Assembly: GCA_036744795.1 (NCBI GenBank)
Contig: DAIOHK010000004.1
Span: forward strand, 9,575-41,574
Length of the DNA: 32,000 bases
Direction: 5' to 3'
DNA from: Bacillota bacterium
Lineage (GTDB): Bacteria > Bacillota > UBA4882 > UBA10575
Shown: in pieces, positions 6,915 to 16,869 of the stretch
Position numbering within the stretch: the stretch's first letter is position 1
Layout of the letters: each line of letters starts with the position of its first letter
The notes under the pieces: model-generated
Told to the model about the DNA's origin: nothing
Database searches by the model: none
The model's input: only the letters and a program-made list of their open reading frames with translations
Program-made: the position numbers and the translations under genes

Positions 6915-8774
6915 ATGAGAATGTTTAAAAATCGAAGGCGAGTTTTACTTATTGGGTTATTGATTTTAGGTATGAGTTTTAAAGTAAGTGCTAATGAAGA
7001 GTTTTACCCTCTTTCCGAAATAAAACCGGGAATGAATGGAAAAGGATATACAGTTTATTCGGGAAGAAAGATCGAATCTTTCCCGGTCCAAGTGGTTGGT
7101 ATTCTTAAGGGCCAGGGTTCAGTATCTAACTTAATTTTAATTAAAATTAATTGGGATCGGCCCCTTGGTATAGCTTCTGGGATGAGCGGTAGTCCTGTTT
7201 TTATTAATAAAAAGTTGGTAGGAGCTATTGGCTACGGTTTCCAAAATGCCGATCCGCACTATGCTATGGTGACTCCAATTGAAGAAATGATTAAATTATG
7301 GGATGAACCGATAGTTAAGGAAGAGAAGTTTCATTTTTACCGGGGTGGTCTTACTGGTTACCAAGGAGTAGCTTTTAGTAGTAAACCACCGGGAGAATCG
7401 TGGCTATGGGCCAAACCGGTCTCTACTCCTCTTTTTATCTCCGGATTTGGTCCACGGGCCAGCAAATACCTTTTCTCTGCCTTCCAGGATACTTGTTTAT
7501 CTTCATATTTACTAGAGAGAACTGAGACCTATTTAGAGAATAAAACATTGTTGCCTTTATTTTTCGGCTTTAAAAGTAAAAAGGATAATTTGACCAAGGA
7601 GAAGTTGGAACCTGGAAGTGCTATTGCCGTTACCTTAGTAGATGGTGATTATCAGGTCTCGGCTCTTGGGACCTTGACCTGGATTGAAAATGAGAGATTT
7701 CTCGGTTTTGGGCATCCCTTTTTAAACAGGGGAGTAGTAGAATATGGGATTGGTGGGGCGGAGATTGTTGAGATCATTAATAGTAATATATTTCCCTTTA
7801 AAATAGGTATTGCTCTACCCCGTACCGGCCGGGTGATGCAGGACAGGGGGGCAGGAATTGCGGGAGAACTTCGCACCTTACCGCGAACAATTAAAGTACT
7901 GGCGGAAGTGAGCGATGATTCCTATCAATCTACCAAGCAGTATGAATTTACGGTAATCAAAGATGAAACTCTACTTTCAGGATTAGTTTTAGCAGGATTA
8001 GTGGATACAATCGATCGGACTCTGGATCGGGTTGGACCTGGAACTGCTAAGGTGGAATTGGAGATTAAAGGTGAGAATATTCCGGTAATTCATAGGGAAA
8101 ATCTTTTTTATGGCCAGGATGTGGCGGTTAGTGCATTAAAAGAGGTAGGAGAGATTCTCCAGATTGTAATGGAGAATGAATTTATCAACCCCGATTTAAC
8201 CGAGATTGCAATCCAGGTGCAGGTGAATCCGGAACGTTTAAGTGCAAAACTTATAAAAGTAGATATACCTAAAAAAGAATTTGAACCTGGAGAAAAAGTT
8301 ACTTTAATGGGGAAAGTACGGCCTTTTCGTGGAGATGAGATTGACTTACCACTGGAGGTTGAAATGCCTAAAGAGGCGGGGAAATGGCTTGTTATGGTTT
8401 ATGGGAGTGAATTTAGTTTGCTTCAGGAAGATTCGGGAGAAGTTAGTGGGAAAGATATAAAAGCAATGTATTTTGACTCATTTTCCAGCCTGGATGAGAT
8501 CTTAAAGCTCTATTTAGAAAAGCCCCAAAATAACCAGTTAATAGCGGAAATTTTACCTATTGAACAAATGGGGGAATTCGGGGAAGAAGCGGATGAACTC
8601 AATCAGGAAGAGGAAATTGGGGAAAAGAGAAAATACTGGACAACAAATACCTCTTTTTATTTAACTGGAGAACAACAGATTATTATCGAGGTAGTGGACT
8701 CTGTAAAAAAAAGTAATAATGGCTTAAATAAAATTTTGTGCGAAAATGTTCAAAAAGAAATAGATATGAATTGA
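6915..8774 (+). CDS. Secreted SpoIVB-like serine peptidase (S55 family), long form without an obvious PDZ domain
   Basis: ATG at 6915 lies 6 nt after AGGAGAG. Signal peptide [50 protein letters not shown] resembles SpoIVB [39 protein letters not shown] resembles SpoIVB [20 protein letters not shown]. Confidence 0.75.
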   Translation: [619 protein letters not shown]

Positions 8775-8954
8775 GTCATTAGCAGAGCCTGGTTTTTATT
8801 TGTAAATAATCCTTACAGGAACAAATCAAGCTTATTAAACGTTAAAAATATTGTAACCTTAAGTAGTCGCTCATGAGTATTTTCTATAATATATTATAGT
8901 TAAACAAGCGATTACCAATTTATTGAATTTATAATTATTTAAACTAAAGCAACG

Positions 8955-11900
8955 ATGAATTACAGTAAAAGGAGGGAACAGGGTTTGCAATTGAACAGAA
9001 AGAAAATCCAGTTCCTTCTTATTATATTTTTATCTCTATTGGTGATTACCCTGCTAGTTGGGAGAGTATTTCGTTATACCTCACTGGCAGCTCGGTTAGC
9101 AAATACTCTAGAAAAAGAGTTAGTCCGTCAGTTTTCTGCTGAAGTAAAGATTAGAGGGTTAGGGTTCTCTTTTGTATCGCCGGAGATATATGGTGCAGAG
9201 CTTCGAACATTAGAGGGGCGGCCTCTTCTTGCGGCAGAAAAGATTAGGATTAGTATCGACTGGATTAGTCTTCTCAGACATCATTCACTAGTGGATTCAA
9301 TACGGCATATTGAGACGACTAATTCAACTCTCTGGATTAGTAAGGATGAACAGGGAGAATTAACTTTCCGTTCTCTTTTTAAGGGGACTAATCTTCCAGA
9401 GACGGGAGAAAAAAAAGAAGTACCGCAGCTGACAATCAAACTTAAAAATTCTACTCTTAAGATGGATCTTAATGAAGAAGAATGGACATGGGGAGATTTC
9501 AGTAAAATTGATGGTACGGTTGATCTTCGGTCCTATCCATTAATTAAAGGATCAGCCACAGCTTCCAGTCTTATTGATCCGGGTGCCGAGGCAAGGGTAG
9601 AAGTGAAATACTCTGTTTTAAAGCAAAGAGGAGAATTTAATATATATGCTAAGAAGGCAACAGCTCCCCTGTGGGGAATTAAAGTCTTTAAATTATTGGG
9701 TTATGATCATGAATTTAAGGTAGAAGAAGGTAGCCTTGATGGCGATCTCCATTTTTTAATTGATGCGAAACGTTTGAAATTAGATTCTACCCGACTAGTA
9801 TTTAATGATTCGCGATGGAAAATAGCCAGATTGCCTTATCCGGTAGAGAATTTAGATACTGATCTTACAATTGCTCAGAGCGGGATTGAGTTCCGGAGTT
9901 TTAAAGGAGAATATAACCAGAGCCGGATTAGCCTTAAAGGAAGGCTTATGACTGATCCTGCTAGCTTGGATTTGGATCTATATGCTACTTCATTAAATTT
10001 AGTGGATTGGAGAAGTTTATTCCCGGGCTTAGAAAAATGGAAGGTGTCGGGAGTGGCTGATCTATCTTTAAAAATTACTGGAAGACTGAAGGATCCTCGT
10101 TTTCAGGGAGAAATACGGATTGATGGGGGAAGCCTGATAATACCTGAGCCTCAGGTTAATCTGGATGGGCTCCGTATTTTGGCGAAGGTGTCCGGAAAAG
10201 ATCTGAATTTTTCATACTTGGAAGGGAATTTGGATGGAGCTCCCTTCTTTCTGAAAGGGAGTGTATCAGAATTTACGGATCCTCAGTTAAATCTTGCTCT
10301 CAAATTCAACAGTTTTAATCCTAGGAAAATTCTACCCCGTAGTTTTCCGGTTCAGGGCGGGCCAGTAGGAGGAAATCTTAAGATTACCGGGAGACTTTCT
10401 ACTTTAGTGATAAATGGTGAATTATCTGCTAAGACTATTGAATGGAACGGAGAGAGTTTCCAAAATATAAAAATGGCTGGGGAATACAAGTGGAATAATG
10501 ATTATCTAAGAGTTAATAAACTGAATTTGAAAGTTTTGGAGAGTAGGACCATGGCTTCAGGGGAGATTATTAACCTGACCAGTACTCCTCTTGTTAGAGG
10601 AAAGGCTACTGTAGAGGGGCTTAATTTAAAGCAGATCCCCCGGGATCTGTTAGAAACAAACAAAATTCCTCCGCTCAAGGGATATGCTAATTTGAAAATA
10701 GATTTTCAAGGTCCTCTTTTGGATTTAATAGGCCAGGGAGAGCTGGAAATTACAGACGGAGCAGTTGATCGCTTTAATTATGATCATTTGCAGGTCTATT
10801 TCTCTTATAATCAGGAACGGATAAATTCCCGGGCTTTTTTGAGTGAAAACGGGGGTAAAGCAATCTTTACTGGGTGGTTTGAACCCAAAACTAGGAAATA
10901 CCAAGGGGATTTTTTGTTACGGAAGATGACTTTTGATTCACAATTATTACCTGGGGATTTAATGGAAGTAAATGGCCTTTTCAATGGTGTTCTTACTCTA
11001 AAGGGGATTTTGGGATCTTCAGATTCACTAACAGGCCGGGGTTGGCTGGAGATTCATAACTTATACTATGGTGATAAATATTGTGGCGTTTTAAAGCTAC
11101 AGGGGGAAGCTAATTCAGGTCAGATTCAATTGAATGATTCTTTCTTGATAACAAAAGCAGGTCAGCTTAAGGTTACAGGAGAAGTCAATTGCGGGGACAA
11201 GCCCGCATATGATTTACAGGTTAATGGCGATAGAATCTTACTCAAAGATATTATGGCATTTCTCCCAAAGAAACTGGATTTAGAGGCGGATGGCCTGGCG
11301 GATTTAAATCTAAGAGTTGCTGGTTGGAAGAAACCTTCCATCCATGGTGAGATTCTGATTGATAGTTTAACATTTAATGATTATGATTTGGGCCGGGGGG
11401 AAGTTCGTCTTCGCTGGGAAGAGGGGAACATTTTTTTAGAAGAGGTAAATTTTGCTCAGACTGCCAGCTTCTTTCGGGGAAAAGGTTTAATCGATCAGAA
11501 TCAAGGTTTGGATATACAAGTTGAGACTAAGGATTTCCCTTTATCTTCTGTGAAGGAATTGTTGGGAAGGTATATTGATAACCAAGAAGTCTTAAGTAAA
11601 ATATCCGGTAGCTTCAGTGGAAATGGACGACTACAAGGAACTTTAAAAGCACCGGTATTTGAGGGAAATGTTTCCATTTTAGAACCTAAATTAGCCGGTT
11701 ATGAACTGGACAAAGTCGAAGGAAATTTAAGCTGGAAAGATAAAGTTATTATTGTAGATGAGATGGTTTTAAACCGGGCTGAAGAGGAGTTTAAAGTTTA
11801 TGGGACAGTTATGCTGAATACAGCTAATCCTTATTTAGATTTAGGTTTAAAAATAGAGGATGCCAGCCTCGCAAAAATTATGATGCTGATAGGTAGTTCA

Positions 11901-13733
11901 CCTAAGGTTCGTATTGATGGAAAAGTTTCTGGATATTTACGGGTTCTAGGCCAATTCAATGAGCCGATTCTGAGACTGATCGCCCAATTTGAGGAAGGTG
12001 AAATTAATGGTTTTACTCCTTTAAATGGAGAATTGGATTTACAACTTAAAAATTCTACAATTACCGTCAACCGCTTGATAGTTGATGATTCAGAGGGCGA
12101 ATTGGCGGCGACCGCTGTGTATACCCCAGGAACTGAATTTAAACTTGCTGTTAATACGAAAGATTTCTCTATAATACCGATCTTTGGTTTAACAGGAGGC
12201 CAAAATTTGCCTAATGAGGGCCAGGTTGATCTCCACTTGAATCTGGATACCACGGTTGAAGGAATGAAAGGAGAATTTAGTGCATTAATCAAGGATACGA
12301 TCTGGGGTAACTTTAAATTTTCTCCTTTGCGTCTTGCAGGTCAGCTCCAGGATGACTTATTACTATTGGATGGGGAAGAACTAGGGCCTAACCGGTTGTA
12401 TGTCCAGGGGACGCTTCCTTTGAATCCGGAATGGTTTGGTTCTCTGCAATTGCCGACAACCTGGCCGCACCATGGGAGCCAAATTGATCTGGGAATTGGC
12501 GCGGAAAAAGTAGAAGCAATTTCTATTAATCCATTTTTCTCTAAACCAATAATAAAAGCAGGAACAATTGATGGGTTGATCTCGTTAAATGGAAATTGGG
12601 ATAATCCTTATTTAGTCGGGAGTATGAATATTAAAGGCGGGAGGGGAATAATTCCTTCGGTATCAGAAGAATTAAGGGAGGTTAATGGCCAGCTTTATTT
12701 TTCGAATAGAGGGGTAGAGATACGGGGGCTAAATAATAAAGAAGGCGGTTATTTAGAGGGGCGTTGTGGAAGTGGCCGTTTTCGTTTAGGGGGAAGTATT
12801 CTCTCTAAAGGAATTGAACCAGAGGAATTCAGATTGCATTTAAAAGGGGATAATTTACATCTGAACCAGTCTTTCTTTGATGGATTAGTCACCGGAGAAA
12901 TTGATTTAATCGGGCCGATTGAGAATGTCGTTCTTCGTGGCCAGGCAGTAGTAAAAAAAGCCCGGATTGGAGTTCCTTCTTCCACCGGAGGGACTTTACC
13001 CTTTGATTTGAATTTGGATCTTAATCTTCAAGTTGCAAATGATGTTTATTTCCGGATGTATGGGATGGCTTATGTTCCATTTACCGGGAGGTTACATGTA
13101 GGAGGTTTTCTCAGTAAACCGGAGTTAACTGGAGAGTTTAATTCGTCCCGTGGTTGGGTGAATTTTATGGGCGATACCTTCCGGATTAAGCATTTGAAGG
13201 CTGAATTTCGCCCTGATTACAAAGTCTTCCCTTATGTGGAACTGGAAGCAAGCCGGTTTCTGGCAGGAGCAGAGGTAACTCTTACTACTCAAGGTTGGTC
13301 CGGTGAGTTTGAAAATTTAGTTATTAATCCAAGTTCTAATCCGCCGATGAGTAAAGAAGAGATTCTAAAGCTTTTAAATTGGCCGGAGAAGATCAATGAG
13401 TTTGGGGTTGTTACGGTCGGTAACCTGTTTCAGGAGAATATTAATATGGTGGGAGATCTCTTTATTGGCCGTTTTCTTGACCAGTTCCGTGAGATTGTAC
13501 CCATTGATTTTCTTACTCTGGAGCAAGATCGGGAAGAAGGGACCTTCTGGATGAATATGGGGAAATCATTGAGTGAGGATTTATATCTTTCCTATAGCCG
13601 CAGCCTGGCGCCTCTAGAAATTGAACAATTATGGACATTGGAGTGGAGGTTAGCACCTAATGTATCATTACTTGGCGACTATTCCGCAAATGATGGCTTA
13701 CGATGGCAATTACAATATAATCTGCGGTTTTAG
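8955..13733 (+). CDS. tamB: TamB-like translocation and assembly module protein (N-terminal anchor, long beta-rich repeat body, C-terminal DUF490-type end)
   Basis: 1592-aa ORF. N-terminal TM span FLLIIFLSLLVITLLV. Repetitive L-x-G/N-rich beta segments. The C-terminus ...LSYSRSLAPLEIEQLWTLEWRLAPNVSLLGDYSANDGLRWQLQYNLRF is typical of TamB. It sits directly upstream of bamA. The TTG at 8985 (GGAGG 9 nt upstream) is a better-supported start than the ATG at 8955. Confidence 0.8.
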   Translation: MNYSKRREQGLQLNRKKIQFLLIIFLSLLVITLLVGRVFRYTSLAARLANTLEKELVRQFSAEVKIRGLGFSFVSPEIYGAELRTLEGRPLLAAEKIRISIDWISLLRHHSLVDSIRHIETTNSTLWISKDEQGELTFRSLFKGTNLPETGEKKEVPQLTIKLKNSTLKMDLNEEEWTWGDFSKIDGTVDLRSYPLIKGSATASSLIDPGAEARVEVKYSVLKQRGEFNIYAKKATAPLWGIKVFKLLGYDHEFKVEEGSLDGDLHFLIDAKRLKLDSTRLVFNDSRWKIARLPYPVENLDTDLTIAQSGIEFRSFKGEYNQSRISLKGRLMTDPASLDLDLYATSLNLVDWRSLFPGLEKWKVSGVADLSLKITGRLKDPRFQGEIRIDGGSLIIPEPQVNLDGLRILAKVSGKDLNFSYLEGNLDGAPFFLKGSVSEFTDPQLNLALKFNSFNPRKILPRSFPVQGGPVGGNLKITGRLSTLVINGELSAKTIEWNGESFQNIKMAGEYKWNNDYLRVNKLNLKVLESRTMASGEIINLTSTPLVRGKATVEGLNLKQIPRDLLETNKIPPLKGYANLKIDFQGPLLDLIGQGELEITDGAVDRFNYDHLQVYFSYNQERINSRAFLSENGGKAIFTGWFEPKTRKYQGDFLLRKMTFDSQLLPGDLMEVNGLFNGVLTLKGILGSSDSLTGRGWLEIHNLYYGDKYCGVLKLQGEANSGQIQLNDSFLITKAGQLKVTGEVNCGDKPAYDLQVNGDRILLKDIMAFLPKKLDLEADGLADLNLRVAGWKKPSIHGEILIDSLTFNDYDLGRGEVRLRWEEGNIFLEEVNFAQTASFFRGKGLIDQNQGLDIQVETKDFPLSSVKELLGRYIDNQEVLSKISGSFSGNGRLQGTLKAPVFEGNVSILEPKLAGYELDKVEGNLSWKDKVIIVDEMVLNRAEEEFKVYGTVMLNTANPYLDLGLKIEDASLAKIMMLIGSSPKVRIDGKVSGYLRVLGQFNEPILRLIAQFEEGEINGFTPLNGELDLQLKNSTITVNRLIVDDSEGELAATAVYTPGTEFKLAVNTKDFSIIPIFGLTGGQNLPNEGQVDLHLNLDTTVEGMKGEFSALIKDTIWGNFKFSPLRLAGQLQDDLLLLDGEELGPNRLYVQGTLPLNPEWFGSLQLPTTWPHHGSQIDLGIGAEKVEAISINPFFSKPIIKAGTIDGLISLNGNWDNPYLVGSMNIKGGRGIIPSVSEELREVNGQLYFSNRGVEIRGLNNKEGGYLEGRCGSGRFRLGGSILSKGIEPEEFRLHLKGDNLHLNQSFFDGLVTGEIDLIGPIENVVLRGQAVVKKARIGVPSSTGGTLPFDLNLDLNLQVANDVYFRMYGMAYVPFTGRLHVGGFLSKPELTGEFNSSRGWVNFMGDTFRIKHLKAEFRPDYKVFPYVELEASRFLAGAEVTLTTQGWSGEFENLVINPSSNPPMSKEEILKLLNWPEKINEFGVVTVGNLFQENINMVGDLFIGRFLDQFREIVPIDFLTLEQDREEGTFWMNMGKSLSEDLYLSYSRSLAPLEIEQLWTLEWRLAPNVSLLGDYSANDGLRWQLQYNLRF

Positions 13734-13873
13734 TAAAGATTTATAACATTTTCCTCCAAATTTACCGTAAAACTTTATTTTTGAAGAGAAGGGAAAGGGA
13801 TGTTTCATAACGAATTTCCTTATAGGTATGACCCTCGAACGCATCTGCGGTCCCAAAAAAGGAGGCTAATCCG

Positions 13874-15682
13874 GTGATAAGGATGATTAAACCTAAATTA
13901 TTTATAATATTGACATTTCTACTATTAATGCTGTCTGCATGGCCTGTATCTGCAGTGGGGGATGTTGTTCTCTCGGTAGAAGTTACAGGCAACCAAAAGA
14001 TTAATGATGATCAGATCTTGCGGGCTATTACAAATATCCGTCTGGGTGAACCTTTGAACCAGACATCGATCATCCAGGATCGGCAGGCGATAATGAATCT
14101 TGGCTACTTTAGTATGGTAGAACCTCATGCTGAGGAATTCTTGGGCGGGGTTAAAGTGGTCTTTAAAGTAATAGAAAATCCTACGATTAAAGAGTTTAAG
14201 GTAGAGGGCCTAGAACGGATCAAACCGGAGGAGGTTACTCCCTTCCTTACTCAAAAGCCGGGGGAGGTCTTTAATTTTATTAAGACTATGAATGATCTGG
14301 TTATGGCTCAACAATATTTTAATGAAGAAAAAGGACTGTTGATTCCGCCGCTACGTGGAGATGCCAGTGAAATAAATGGTTTAATGGAGATTGATCCAGA
14401 GGGTCTGGTTACACTGCATCTATATGAAGCTAGATTGGGGAAGGTAATCTTTAAAGGATTGGAAAAAACACAGGAGTTTGTGGTGGCTAGGCAAATATCC
14501 TTAAAAGAAGGGGAGATTCTTGATTTTAACCAGCTGCGTGAGGATGTTCAACAATTAGCCAGGTTGCAATTGTTTGATGATATTAACCCCCGCCTGCAGC
14601 CAACGAATAATCCCAAGACGATGGATCTGGTAATGGAGTTTAAAGAGGGGGAGAATCGTCAATTATCTCTAGGTGTCACTTATACACCAGTTGACAACCA
14701 GCTGTTAGGGAGTGTTGGTATTGTTGATCCTAACCTAATGGGTCTGGGACAAAGACTCTCTTTTAATATGGAGCTTAATCCCAATAATGTATTCAATCTC
14801 AATTTTGAATTTAACGAGCCCTGGCTGGATACAAAAGAGACCTCTTTAGGATTGAAACTCTTCTCCAATCATACGCTTTCCTTATCCGGGACAGAAAAGG
14901 TTGATGGGAAAAACCCAGAGAATGAGAATCAGTACATTTATAAATACAATGAGAAACGGACGGGTTTGAATCTGACGCTCGGCCGCCCATTAAAGAGAAA
15001 CTTGAGAGTGGATACTTCCTTCCAGATGGAGCGAGTTACAATTGATCCTAAAGAATGGGTTCCTTTAAAAACTAACACTTATGAGCCGGATGCTGATAAA
15101 ACTCTGGATTATCCTTCTGTTTCATTAAACACTTATCAGAAGGAGTACTGGAATAATAGCCTGGGTCTTGGTTTAAGTTATAATAAACTTCTGTATACTA
15201 AGACCTACACTACTGGTGGTTACTGGGCAAACTTAGGATTTAACCTTCATGGTGGTATCTTTGGCGGGGATTATAATTATCAACACCTTTATGGTGAATA
15301 CAAGCAGTTTTATTCGCCCTTTAACAATACTACTTTGGGTTACCGGATTAGGGGGGGTAAGATTTTAGGTTCGCCACCAGATTCCAGTAAACTTTATCTT
15401 GGAGGAGAATTATCACTGCGTGGGTATGATATCAGGCATGTTGAAGGGGACCAGCAGGTACTGGCTAATGTAGAGTTAAGACAGAGGATTCCCAATATGG
15501 AAAATCTAGAGGCTGTTCTCTTTTATGATTTAGGAACTGTTGATTTTGCTCGTTACTACCAAAGTTATGGAGTGGGTTTCCGTTATAATATACCGTTATT
15601 GGGACAATTACGTTTTGATTTTGCTTGGACTCCGGAAGGTGGTCAGCCTAAATTTAATTTCTTTTTTGGTGAGATGTTCTAA
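13874..15682 (+). CDS. bamA: Outer-membrane protein assembly factor BamA (Omp85 family)
   Basis: GTG start 8 nt after AAGGAGG. Signal peptide ...LLMLSAWPVSAVGD. POTRA-like N-terminal region, with room for about 3 POTRA units. C-terminal Omp85 barrel with alternating aromatic strands, ending ...FFFGEMF. Confidence 0.85.
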   Translation: MIRMIKPKLFIILTFLLLMLSAWPVSAVGDVVLSVEVTGNQKINDDQILRAITNIRLGEPLNQTSIIQDRQAIMNLGYFSMVEPHAEEFLGGVKVVFKVIENPTIKEFKVEGLERIKPEEVTPFLTQKPGEVFNFIKTMNDLVMAQQYFNEEKGLLIPPLRGDASEINGLMEIDPEGLVTLHLYEARLGKVIFKGLEKTQEFVVARQISLKEGEILDFNQLREDVQQLARLQLFDDINPRLQPTNNPKTMDLVMEFKEGENRQLSLGVTYTPVDNQLLGSVGIVDPNLMGLGQRLSFNMELNPNNVFNLNFEFNEPWLDTKETSLGLKLFSNHTLSLSGTEKVDGKNPENENQYIYKYNEKRTGLNLTLGRPLKRNLRVDTSFQMERVTIDPKEWVPLKTNTYEPDADKTLDYPSVSLNTYQKEYWNNSLGLGLSYNKLLYTKTYTTGGYWANLGFNLHGGIFGGDYNYQHLYGEYKQFYSPFNNTTLGYRIRGGKILGSPPDSSKLYLGGELSLRGYDIRHVEGDQQVLANVELRQRIPNMENLEAVLFYDLGTVDFARYYQSYGVGFRYNIPLLGQLRFDFAWTPEGGQPKFNFFFGEMF

Positions 15683-15726
15683 AGCAGTAGTAGATTTCTA
15701 GAAATAATAAAAGGAGATGTTTTCAA

Positions 15727-16284
15727 ATGAATAAGAAGATGGCTAAATGGTTGATTCCAACAGCACTAATTGCAGTTTTAGCTTTGGTGATTTCAGGTTT
15801 GGTGGGAGCACAAAGTAAAACTAAATCCTCGGTGGGCTATATTGATATGCAACGTTTGCAAGAAGAACTACCACAATTTCGTGAACTTCAGGAGTTTTTA
15901 AATAGAAAAAATGCAGAGTTTAATTCTTTCGGTAATTATCTGCAAACTCAGCAAAACAACGAACTTCTTCAGTTAGAAAAAGAAAAGAATGCAGAGATAA
16001 AAGGGAAATCTCAGAATGAAATAAAAGCTATTGAAGAAAAATATCAGAAAAAAGCGATGCAGGTGGCAGAGGCTAACCAGAAAAAATTGGAGACAGAAAA
16101 TTCCCGGCTATCAGGGGAAGTACAAGCTAAACATGAGGAAATTTTAGCTTCTATAAAGAAAGTCCTAGAGGAAATTGTGAAGAAGGAAGGCTATTCAATA
16201 GTCCTGGAGAAAAGTGTAGTTTATTATGGCGGTGAGGATCTTACCGATAAAGTGATTGCCGGTTTCAAAACTACTGGTAAGTAG
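15727..16284 (+). CDS. skp: OmpH/Skp-like periplasmic chaperone, paralog 1
   Basis: Cleavable-looking signal peptide (…VISGLVGAQSK). About 150 aa of K/E/Q-rich coiled coil. Sits immediately after bamA, the conserved skp position. Confidence 0.7.
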   Translation: MNKKMAKWLIPTALIAVLALVISGLVGAQSKTKSSVGYIDMQRLQEELPQFRELQEFLNRKNAEFNSFGNYLQTQQNNELLQLEKEKNAEIKGKSQNEIKAIEEKYQKKAMQVAEANQKKLETENSRLSGEVQAKHEEILASIKKVLEEIVKKEGYSIVLEKSVVYYGGEDLTDKVIAGFKTTGK

Positions 16285-16308
16285 TATCTAGGAGTAAAAG
16301 GGGATATT

Positions 16309-16869
16309 TTGGTGAAAAACAGAAAACTAGTAATATTAATTGTATTAGCTGTAGTCTTAGTCTCGGTTTCTATTTCCATTTATCTAAATAAAAAAGCTAC
16401 TCCCCATTACCAATATGCTTATCTAGATACAAACAAAGTAGTCCAGACTTATAATCAGTCAGCAGAATTTCAACAACTCTACCAAAAAGCAGAGAAAGAA
16501 CTTAATGAATTTGGGCATTCTTTGCAAGAACAGATTAATAAAGAAGTCTCTGATCTGGAAAAAGAAAAAGAGAAGCAGAAGCAAGGAAAGAGTGCAGCAA
16601 AACAAAGAGCGCTTGATGAAGAGTATGGCAAGAAACTACAAAAACTTTATGAAGAAAAGCAGGTTGAATTAGATAATAAAAAAGCCGAAATTTATGCTCA
16701 ACTAGATCAGAATCTTCTTATGAAGATTAAAGAAGCAACTGCCAAAATAGCTAAGAAGCGAGGGCTACCTTTGGTTGTAGATGAAAGAGCTATTTATTAT
16801 GGGGGAATAGACCTCACAGAGCAGGTGCTTACCGTCCTTAAAAATGGCGGTGTGCAGGAGAATGAATAA
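16309..16869 (+). CDS. skp: OmpH/Skp-like periplasmic chaperone, paralog 2 (possibly membrane-anchored)
   Basis: Same size and architecture as paralog 1. Shares the C-terminal motif YYGG-DLT--V (AIYYGGIDLTEQV against VVYYGGEDLTDKV). The hydrophobic N-terminus has no clear AXA cleavage site. Confidence 0.65.
   Translation: MVKNRKLVILIVLAVVLVSVSISIYLNKKATPHYQYAYLDTNKVVQTYNQSAEFQQLYQKAEKELNEFGHSLQEQINKEVSDLEKEKEKQKQGKSAAKQRALDEEYGKKLQKLYEEKQVELDNKKAEIYAQLDQNLLMKIKEATAKIAKKRGLPLVVDERAIYYGGIDLTEQVLTVLKNGGVQENE

Noticed and set aside
11831-12985. Minus-strand ORFs 11831..12292 and 12749..12985 inside tamB
   Set aside because: They sit fully inside a 1592-aa CDS that has a convincing TamB N-terminus and C-terminus. 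They are shadow ORFs without start signals.
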